Below the pieces are notes generated by a model that was not told the DNA's origin, did not search any database, and saw only the letters and a list, made by a program, of their open reading frames with translations. Of a stretch of DNA of 64,000 nt, positions 54,004-64,000 are shown one piece after another. The position numbers were made by a program, and so were the translations under genes. This stretch comes from Octopus vulgaris (Eukaryota): assembly GCA_951406725.2 (NCBI GenBank), contig OX597818.1, positions 118,916,001 through 118,980,000 on the forward strand, in the 5' to 3' direction. The stretch's first letter is position 1, and each line of letters opens with the position of its first letter.

Positions 54004-54320
54004 AAGAATGTGTTCGGAATAGTACTTTATTTTATCTTGAAGTGTTAAACATCTGACTAATAGTTTCGTTAAGGGCCATTTGATAGTTAGATAAGTATCG
54101 AAGAATTAGTTAATGGAGCCTGTTAATGATAGCTATGGGTGTATGACGTAATCAAGTAATATTAGTAATGGAAAGATCGATCAACGTAATGGATTTATAA
54201 TCGTGGAAACGTAGGATTAGAGATCATTCATCGAATGTCATAATTAAAGAGAAGGCACATTATTGGATAGCTTATATAATGATGAGACTAATTTGCTGAT
54301 TTAATGCAATTGGATTAATA

Positions 54321-54622
<302 letters not shown>

Positions 54623-54880
54623 GCGAAGCAGCAACAAAAATAACAGGCTCAAGTTGACAGCAAATAATGACGATTGCATTAATGGCTTAGTATTTAATTC
54701 ATGATTCAATGCGTGAAGTTACAACTCATGGACAGTATCAAACCTATGCGTGCCCCTTGCGCACAATTAAGCGGGTAGAATAATGCACAGGCATACTGGG
54801 GGTATTTGCAGAACGTATACTCTCACAAATGCTTGCTTACGTACATAGATACACGCATAACACACATAGATACGTACATA

Positions 54881-54949
<69 letters not shown>

Positions 54950-55056
54950 AAATCTCAGAATGAGATGTAAACAGTAATAGCTCGATGTGGTTAGCCATAT
55001 TAAGCCCCTATGTGGTTAGCCATATTAAGATGGCTTCTATACTTTATATATATATA

Positions 55057-55113
<57 letters not shown>

Positions 55114-56117
55114 GAATATTCACAAAAAATTAAAAACCAAGACGAGTGTGTAAGCAACAAACAGATGTATTAGTTTAACTCTCAGGAAGTGAGAAAGTCT
55201 TTTACGTTTCGAGCCTACGCTCTTCGACAGAAAGGAACACAGAAAGAAACAAGGAGAGAAAATATAAAAAATAGAAAATAGAAAAATTTATATATATTTA
55301 TATTTATGAGAATGAGAGGGAAAGAAGGAGAGAAAGCAGCTTACAAAATTTAGATAATTGTAACGAACCTCTGAAATTTTGTAGTCTCATCCCACATACA
55401 AACTGGCCATCAAAGTGTGCACTGACTATTGTCTAAGCAACGTCATAAGAGACTTTATGTTCTAGATCCTGTACTACGGGTGCAAGATATGGGTTGAAAA
55501 TATAAAACTGTGATAGAATTTCTCCACTTACATTTTGTGGAGCTCATCGCAACAAAGTTCGTGTTGCACCGGTGTAAATATATAATATATATTATGGCAA
55601 ACCAAGTAAGGGTAATGACAAATATATCCAGTATGTGCCAATATTGCTTCTTCAAAAAAATACATTAGACTTTGCGTCATCTCATGTAGCCACTTCAACC
55701 GAAGAAGGCATGTAGTTGTAATAATATAACGTTCGAAACAATTGTTAGCAACATTGACAATAGATTAAATAGAATGCAGCAAATTTTCGAAGAAATTAGA
55801 AAGTAAAAGTATTTAAATCTGGCTATTAAATCATGCGTATTTTGAATCAACTCTTCGAGTTAAAGTATTCTTCGATTTTGCAATAGGAGGAATTTATATT
55901 GAATTCATTTATTTTGTTCATTGCATGCTTACGACCGTTAATTGAAAGGACGTATGAAACAAATCCATTTTTAAAGGTGTATCCTTTAACTAGCTTTGAT
56001 CATATCGCTTTTTCTGTTCCATTTTAACAAAACTGTCCAACGAACGGGAACGTGAAACTCTGAGTAACAGCTTTTGTTATATTTCTGCTGCTTTTAAATA
56101 AAGTATATATATATATA

Positions 56118-56153
<36 letters not shown>

Positions 56154-56628
56154 CATTATACTTTATACATACATATACATACATTATACATACATATATA
56201 TGCACACATACACACATCCGTAGGTATGCATATACAGTTGTGTAAGTGTGTGTGTGTCTGTATGTGTGCGTGTGCGGTTTCTGTGTGTGGAAGTGTGAAT
56301 ATGGGAAAGCGTGCGTATGTAAACGTCTGTGTCTGTGTATTATTTGTTTAAGAAAAAAGCGCTAAGTGTAAAAAAAAAATTGTGAAGACAATTGTAAAGA
56401 AAATTTGCCGTCGCACAAGTAGTATCGGTTTTTACAGTCTTTTTTGAAAACATGACTTGTCTAAGAGTTGTTTTTGTGCGAAGTTATAATTGGAAGTATT
56501 AAATTGTCTACCATGATATGAGGTTTGGAAACAGTATGACAATTTGTTGAATAGCAGGCTCGGAGTATTGCCTGTTATACATGCGAGCAAAGAAATGAAA
56601 TTCTCTCACTCTCTCTCTCTCTCTACAT

Positions 56629-56666
<38 letters not shown>

Positions 56667-57019
56667 GTGTGTGTGTGGGCGGGGTTGTCTGCGTGTCTGT
56701 GTGTGTCCCCCAAGTGATTATCTATATAAATGAGATAAAAAGTCAAAGGCTGTGAATAGTCTTCAGAACATTTATAAAGAGGTCTTACAGGTGTTTCCGC
56801 GAAGCAGCTATAATATCTTTTCTTTATATATTTTATCTCATTCCGTTAATTCTTTTATATATATATAGATGCTACTACACGACCTACGTTGGACTCCTCA
56901 TTCGTATCTTTACCGAACCTGGAACTAAACTATAGGCTGTCCATACCACTTAGACAGAATTACCTGATACCAATACCTGACATAACCTCGATATATATAT
57001 ATATATATATAAGTATGAA

Positions 57020-57134
57020 TTAGGGTATCTAATCTAAGAGATACCACCCCGCTGGAAATAGCAGCCGAAACCTGACTCTGGAGTCGAGTTTTGGCTGCTA
57101 TTTCCTGCGTGGTAGTATCTCTTAGATACCCTAA
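57020..57134. repeat. ~115-bp imperfect palindrome (collapsed MITE-like)
   Basis: TAGGGTATCT...GGAAATAGCAGCC pairs with GGCTGCTATTTCC...AGATACCCTA. Confidence 0.8.
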
Positions 57135-57289
57135 AGTATAATTTTAATGTTACTTATTACCTTTGAAGCATTTTATTCCTATGCTGGCCACTCGATAAGA
57201 TCGGTATGTAAATATCTATATAATCTCTATTTATATAAATTTCTATATACATACATACATACATATATATATATAAATATATATATGTA

Positions 57290-57336
<47 letters not shown>

Positions 57337-57350
57337 ATATATATATATAT

Positions 57351-57486
57351 ATATACTTTATTTAATGCAGCAGAAAATTCAACAAAACCTGTTACTCTGA
57401 GTTTCGCGTTGCCTCCGATGAACGGCAACGCGAAACTCAGAGTAACAGGCCTTGTTGAATTTTCTGCTGCATCAAATAAAGCATAT
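57351..57486. repeat. ~135-bp near-perfect palindrome (collapsed MITE-like)
   Basis: GCAGCAGAAAATTCAACAA..CCTGTTACTCTGAGTTTCGCGTTGCC followed by its reverse complement; a single diverged arm lies at ~56050-56105. Confidence 0.88.
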
Positions 57487-57550
57487 TACTCTACCACTGG
57501 TATTTGAGTACTCTTTTTTCCACCTTGTTTCACGTTTATGTGTTTACTCC

Positions 57551-57596
<46 letters not shown>

Positions 57597-57612
57597 CATG
57601 TACATATATATA

Positions 57613-57652
<40 letters not shown>

Positions 57653-57670
57653 CATGTACATATATGTATG

Positions 57671-57773
<103 letters not shown>

Positions 57774-58331
57774 CCGGCTTGGACCTGGTGGTAATGCTGG
57801 CTGGTGTGATTTTGTGGTTTACTGGTATGCCGAGAGAGATCCAGCTCTAATTTCTCATATTGTCTAAGTACAGCTGCCTTTGCTCTTGACTCCTGTGTTC
57901 TCGATTCTGTTGATCTCTCTCTCTTATTTTGAAAATACACTTCTCTTTGGTGCTAGCTCATTTGTTCTCTCTTTTGCTGATTTCTTTCCCTCCAATGCTG
58001 TAGGATTCGCCCCTCTCCTCTTGGCTTATTTCGATTCATCTTTGTTTCATCCTTTCTGCGATTTTTATTCCTTATTTCCTCCATCTGTTCCTCACGTAAC
58101 CGTTCTTGTGCTTTGTTCCTCAAGCTATTTTCCATATTTTAAAACTTTCTATGAAAACTATAAATCTCCAAATCGATTCACAGTGTTTCAATTGAAAAAC
58201 ATATACAAATGTATTAAATAGTTTTTATTTAAAAGGTGAAAATATTTCTGAAATACTCACCTAATATGCAAGGGCACAGTATATAGGACACGGTAATTAA
58301 TTATAATGTAGGAAAGTAAAAAGTAAATGGG

Positions 58332-58847
58332 AAAATAGAATTAATATTTTTGAATTTGTTCGGCTCTATGTATTTAATTTTGGTAAATGCTTTCCTTAAT
58401 TGATCGATACAGGAAAAAAGAAACTGCAAAAATCCTGACCAAAACAGAAATTGTAACTTACCAAAAAATATAGAAAGGAAATTTGCATATATTCCCACCA
58501 CGTGACATTTATTATCGCACAGACACACACATACATTCATATGTGTGTGTGCGTGTCTGTGAGTCTTTTAGATTTTGTTTACTTATACACATCAAGATAT
58601 GATCCAATTGAATAACCTAGTGTGGTTGTTCAATTAGCTACAAATAACAGCCAAATCTCTGTCATACTACGTTCTTGTTAGTATTATTTAACGGAGAAAA
58701 ATAGAATTAGTATTTTTGACTTTGTTCGACTCTATGTATTTGACTTATTTTTAATGCTTTCGTCCGTTACTTGATACAGGTAAACCATAATTGGAACAAT
58801 TCTGACCAAATCAGAGGAATTGTAACTTAACAAAAAATATAGAAAGA
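58332..58847 (+). repeat. Diverged ~160-bp direct repeat
   Basis: 58332-58497 vs 58697-58847 (AAAATAGAATTA.TATTTTTGA.TTTGTTCG.CTCTATGTATTT ... CTGACCAAA ... TTGTAACTTA.CAAAAAATATAGAAAG). Confidence 0.7.
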
Positions 58848-60450
58848 GAAAAAAAATGTTGTATTCGAAAGCCAAAAGATGTTTTTTAGCTGAGGTATAA
58901 TTTTATAATTTAAACAAATTCAAAATTTAAATTTTGGAACATAAAACATAGCATGTTATCTGGTGTATGGCCGAATTCAAATGGGTAGAAGACCTAAAAC
59001 AACTGTGTGTGTGCGTGTGTGTGCGTGTGTGTGTGTGGATGTGTGTGTGTGTGTGTGTAGCTGGGCCTAAAATAGCCAGGGGGTCAATTTCAGTTCAGTC
59101 GTAGAAAGGAATTCAGCCACTCTCTCTTACACTTTCCTTTTCTTTCCCACTTCCTCTCTCTCTTGCTCGACACACGCGTGAAATTTAAGTATCTTAATTT
59201 TCTCCTTAAGATCGTCTGTGATTTGCTGGCCTGGTAGGCATGGGTGTTGATTAATAGTAATACAATATATAGAAATTACAAGAGATCTAGCTAAAACAAT
59301 TTTATTTAAACAGCAAAATTTCTTTCAAAAATTTCTTTCTCTTACGTGTGACACATGGTGTACTAATATTATTGATATATAAATGCGTACATGTTTCGTA
59401 TTATACAGAGCCAATCAGCCTTCGAGATTTGTGCCTGATTGGTGAGATGTATGCAGCTTCAATCTGGAGATTAAGACTTACGATATAACTGTTATATATT
59501 TTTCTACATTTTACGTCCCATTGTAGTATGTTTCGCCAGTGTTTTCTGATCAAACGGTCGCTGCTGTTATTCAAGTTAAACTCCCATAAGCCGATGCCTG
59601 TAATGAAGTCATATGCTGGAACATATAACCAGACGCAATGTATATATATTTACGCATTCGCTATCACATGCAAACACATACACAGACACACGCACACAAC
59701 TTACGCAAGTATATGCACATATACACACAAACATATATATGGGTATGTCTGTGGGGACACATGTGTATATATATATATGCATCTACATATGCATATAACT
59801 GCCTCCTTGGCCGTTTGACTACCAATCACTTTATCCAGATACCTGTAAATATACCTATATATATGCATGTATATGTATGTATATGAATATATGCATATCT
59901 CTCTATTTATCTATCTATCTCTCTATATATACTTGAAGAAATAAGGTACTCAGAAATTCGGATGGTTTTATATTTACAGATATTTATTAATATGCCACAT
60001 GTTTTAATAAATCATCTATTAGAGCTTGCGACCACTCTAGTGGAGTCTTCAAATTGAATTTTTAGGAGATTTTGTCTTTTTTTATAGTATTATTGAGTGT
60101 GTAGGGGGAGAGACAAATAAGATAGTACAAGAGGGTGAGGAACTGGGAGAAAGTGAGAGAGAGCACCTGAGTGTTTGTATATATATATGAATATATGTAT
60201 ATAGTTGGAATTTAGAAAACAACAAAAGAAGAAAACAGATGTGTAAACAACAAACAATTGTATTAGTTTAACGCTCTGGAAGGTGTGAGAAAATCTTTTA
60301 CGTTTCGAGCCTACGCTTTTTAACAGAAGGGATCACGAGAAAATAAACCGAGAGATAATATAAAAAGCTTTAGTGGCTAGCGGTCAGTCATGGCATATAT
60401 ATACATATATATATATATCGATATATGTATGTATGTATATATATATATAT

Positions 60451-63400
60451 AACAAAAACAAAAACAAAAAGTTAAAAGAAGGGAAAAAACCGCACTGACC
60501 ACTACTGAAAGACGGTATGCAGATGTGGTGCGCGGAAACCCAACAGGTGGCCAGCTTCACCCAGATGTGAGAAGGGCGGCAGCTGAACAGTAGTCTTTTT
60601 TGTGCATGGCACAAAAAATTGTTCAGCAGCTGACCTGGCTACAAGCACAAAGCTGGAACTACCACCACATAAGGCCACCTCCAACAGATGCAGGATGGCC
60701 ACCACAGACACCAACACCAACACACACACCACAAAAATATTTCTACTGAATGTAGGAGGGCTGCTGCGCGGAAACTGTAAAAAGAAAATTTCATTCCTGA
60801 GAGACCTTGTGACATGCAATCAAGCTATATGCATGGCACTCACAGAAACGCATCTTGAACCCGATATAGGTGATGCAGAAATACACATGCCGCAATATGC
60901 AGTCATACGCACAGATAGAAAAGGGAGGAGCCATGGTGGAGTTGCAATGTACATCCGAGATGACCTCACGCCCCAGGTCCTACTGTCATATTCAAACTCA
61001 GTATGTGAAACTCAAATTGTACACATAAGTCAACTGAATATCGTCATATGCACTACATATCGCCCACCAGATGCCCCAAAACACTCAGGTATGTTTGAAG
61101 ACTGCCTAACAAAAATAGGAGAAGTCCTCACCAACCTTGAACAGCACAACAGTGTATTCTTCATGGGTGACTTTAACCTCCCCAATGTGGAATGGCCTGG
61201 GGGGCAGATGCTCCCAGGGATGACACACCATCAGCAGGCACAGGTGGAGTCCCTGCTCCATCTCACAAATGCCTCTTTCATGGAGCAAATAGTTCTGCAA
61301 CCAACAAGGGCAGATAATATACTGCATCTCTGCTTCACAAACAATATGGATATTATCCATAATGTTAATGTGATGCCGACAATGATCTCGGATCACAACA
61401 TAATAGAGCTGTCTATGTATGGAACAAAAGCCCCCGCAGACACTCAGCCTATACGAAGCACCCACCATCTCTCCAACTTAAACTTTCATAAAGCCAACTG
61501 GAAGTCGATTGAGAAAGAGATCCTCAAACAGGATTGGCCTGAATGTCTCTCCACACCGGACATAAACATGAAACACAAACACTTCATGTCCATAATACAA
61601 GCCATATGTGACAAATATGTCCCAATGTGCAGGGCCAGCACACACAAGAACAAAAACAGGATCCCTAGAGAAAGGAGGATTCTTATGAGACGACGGACAA
61701 GGATTGCAAACCGCCTGAGCAAGCACACCAAAAGTGGTGAGAAGTCTCGGCTCGAAAGAATGCTAATGGAAACTGAGAAAAGTCTACATCAGTCCCATGA
61801 AAAGGAGAGAGCAGATAAAGAAGCTTGGGTAATAGAAAATATAAAATCAAACCCTAAAGCTTTCTTTAAGTTTGCCAAAGAGACAGCCACAGTGCACCAG
61901 AGAATAGGACCTCTCTTCCAAAAAGATGGCTCTCTCACAGGAAATCCCACGAGGATAAGTGAAATACTGAACGAACAGTTCCAAAGTGTGTTCACTACAC
62001 CTCTAGGACACAGGCAAGTAAACAACCCAGAAGAATTCTTTGCCACTTTACCAGCGGCCAAAGAGACAAAAATTGAGTACATCAACATCGAAGAAGATGA
62101 TATCACACTAGCCATTGATGAGATTGACACAAACTCAGCTGCTGGACCTGATGGATTCCCAGCGATCCTTCTCAAATCGTGCAAACGAGCCCTTGCAGAA
62201 CCGCTACAGCTTCTTTTTCAGAGCTTTCTTGCAAGTGGTAAGCTCCCAGTCAAACTGAAAGAGGGGGTAATATGCCCTATCCATAAGGGAGGTAGCAGAG
62301 CAGATGCTAAAAATTATAGGCCTATCTCTCTGACCTCACACATCAGCAAAGTCATGGAACAAATAGTCCGTAAGAAACTAATCATGTTCCTTGAAGAAAA
62401 TGACTTACTGTCTGACACCCAGCATGGATTTCGACCAGGTAGAGGCTGCCTAACACAGCTCCTGCAACACTATGACTGGGTGTTGAAACAGCTACTAAAT
62501 GGCTCAAATGTGGATGTAATATATCTTGACTTTGCAAAAGCCTTTGATAAAGTCGACCATGGTATGATCTGTCACAAACTGCGTGGTCTCGGCATAGGCG
62601 GGAAACTTGGAGAGTGGCTGCACAACTTCCTAAAAGACAGAAAACAGGCAGTTGTGAGCAATGGAGCCACCTCCAGGGAAACGCAAATAACAAGCGGTGT
62701 CCCACAGGGCACTGTCTTGGGGCCACTGATGTTCATAGTGGCCCTTTCAGACATGCCTTCAGTTGCTACGATGACCACCCTTGCTAGCTATGCAGATGAC
62801 ACAAAAGTCTCCCACGCAATACAAAACCCTGAAAATATTGCGCATCTGCAACATGAGCTGGACACAATATACAGGTGGGCTGAGGACAACAACATGCAGT
62901 TTAATGCAGGTAAGTTCCAGGCCCTGCGCTACTGGCACACAAAGGTAAATGACGTGAAGACTGGATACACTGGCCCAGGAAGAATTGCAATCCCTGAGTC
63001 AAAATCAGTGCGTGACCTGGGCATTGACATGAGCAATGATGCATCTTTCCAAATGCATATTGCTAATCTGGTGATAAAATGCAGACGGCTAGCTGGATGG
63101 ATTCTCCGAACTTTCAGAACAAGAGAGAAGGAGACACTGATGGTCCTATGGAAAACATTTGTCCTCAGCCGCTTGGACTACTGCTCCCAACTTTGGTCAC
63201 CACACAATATAAAACAAACAGCAGAACTCGAAGCAACTCAGAGAAGCTACACAAAGAAAATCGTCTCAATGCAAAATGTCAGCTACTGGGAAAGACTGAA
63301 GGTATTAAACCTCTTCTCCCTGGAGCGGAGGCGGGAGAGATATGCAGTGATATACATCTGGAAAATCCTGGAGGGTCTTGTCCCAAACTTTGGCATTCAA

Positions 63401-63782
63401 AGTTACTCCAACCGTAGAACGGGGCGCCGCTGCGTGGTGCCAAGGATTCCAACATCACCATCAAAATACAGGTCCAGATACTGCAACAGCTTGGGTTTCA
63501 GAGGACCACAGCTCTTTAACATCCTCCCTAAATGCCTGAGAGACTTACATGGTGTGGATGTGGGTTTCTTTAAAACTAAACTGGATCTCTTCTTGTTGGG
63601 AGTCCCAGATGAACCTACCTCACGACAGGAGACACGGATGCGGGCAGCAGCATCGAACTCCCTTGTTGATCAAGTGCCACGTATCAGAGGTGGATTCACA
63701 AACTAGTGTAGCTCATTCAGCGGTGGTGCCCCAGCATGGCAGCGGCCTTCGGGCTAAAACATTTTTAAGCATTTAAGGATTT
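60451..63782 (+). mobile_element. LINE family D, longest copy, in a TA/TATG tract
   Basis: ~150-nt leader, complete ORF2, 3' UTR GGTGGTGCCCCAGCATGGCAGCGGCCTTCGGGCTAAAAC, tail TTTAAGCATTTAAGGATTT. Confidence 0.95.
60602..63706 (+). CDS. Non-LTR retrotransposon ORF2 protein: APE endonuclease + reverse transcriptase (first in-frame ATG at 60695)
   Basis: 1034-aa open frame with [54 protein letters not shown] and YADD. Confidence 0.93.
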   Translation: MHGTKNCSAADLATSTKLELPPHKATSNRCRMATTDTNTNTHTTKIFLLNVGGLLRGNCKKKISFLRDLVTCNQAICMALTETHLEPDIGDAEIHMPQYAVIRTDRKGRSHGGVAMYIRDDLTPQVLLSYSNSVCETQIVHISQLNIVICTTYRPPDAPKHSGMFEDCLTKIGEVLTNLEQHNSVFFMGDFNLPNVEWPGGQMLPGMTHHQQAQVESLLHLTNASFMEQIVLQPTRADNILHLCFTNNMDIIHNVNVMPTMISDHNIIELSMYGTKAPADTQPIRSTHHLSNLNFHKANWKSIEKEILKQDWPECLSTPDINMKHKHFMSIIQAICDKYVPMCRASTHKNKNRIPRERRILMRRRTRIANRLSKHTKSGEKSRLERMLMETEKSLHQSHEKERADKEAWVIENIKSNPKAFFKFAKETATVHQRIGPLFQKDGSLTGNPTRISEILNEQFQSVFTTPLGHRQVNNPEEFFATLPAAKETKIEYINIEEDDITLAIDEIDTNSAAGPDGFPAILLKSCKRALAEPLQLLFQSFLASGKLPVKLKEGVICPIHKGGSRADAKNYRPISLTSHISKVMEQIVRKKLIMFLEENDLLSDTQHGFRPGRGCLTQLLQHYDWVLKQLLNGSNVDVIYLDFAKAFDKVDHGMICHKLRGLGIGGKLGEWLHNFLKDRKQAVVSNGATSRETQITSGVPQGTVLGPLMFIVALSDMPSVATMTTLASYADDTKVSHAIQNPENIAHLQHELDTIYRWAEDNNMQFNAGKFQALRYWHTKVNDVKTGYTGPGRIAIPESKSVRDLGIDMSNDASFQMHIANLVIKCRRLAGWILRTFRTREKETLMVLWKTFVLSRLDYCSQLWSPHNIKQTAELEATQRSYTKKIVSMQNVSYWERLKVLNLFSLERRRERYAVIYIWKILEGLVPNFGIQSYSNRRTGRRCVVPRIPTSPSKYRSRYCNSLGFRGPQLFNILPKCLRDLHGVDVGFFKTKLDLFLLGVPDEPTSRQETRMRAAASNSLVDQVPRIRGGFTN

Positions 63783-63839
63783 ATATATATGTATGTATAT
63801 ATATATATATATATATGTATGTATATATATATATATATG

Positions 63840-63878
<39 letters not shown>

Positions 63879-64000
63879 ATATATATGTATGTATATATAT
63901 ATATATGTATGTATATATATATATATGTATGTATATATATATGTATGTATATATATATATATGTATGTATATATATATGTATGTATATATATATATGTAT
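63783..64000. repeat. (TA)n/(TATG)n tract
   Basis: Direct reading. Confidence 0.95.

Overview
Eukaryotic, gene-poor repeat region with no host gene I can support. The AT-rich microsatellite content and tRNA-derived SINEs look octopus/cephalopod-like, which is an inference. The first ~35.4 kb is a nest of 12 young non-LTR retrotransposon insertions (APE endonuclease + RT, CR1/L2 group) from three families (A, B, C). A fourth family (D) sits at 60.45-63.78 kb with a complete EN-RT ORF. All 13 copies lie in (TA)n microsatellite, in both orientations, with TA tracts up to ~2.2 kb between them, which suggests a (TA)n-targeting LINE group. All four families and one SINE family share a covarying two-hairpin 3' element followed by a family-specific tail repeat. 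Junction oddities include an in-frame A/C chimera lacking the RT core, 17- and 21-bp tandem duplications at 5' junctions, a LINE/TA mosaic and an isolated internal fragment. The rest is older repeat landscape: mariner, an IR/DR Tc1, a non-autonomous Helitron, SINEs, hammerhead-like/Penelope-like termini, palindromes and a decayed LINE with a CCCH-like ORF1 remnant. The (YI)n ORFs are microsatellite artefacts. Coordinates were read by eye and may be off by a few bases.
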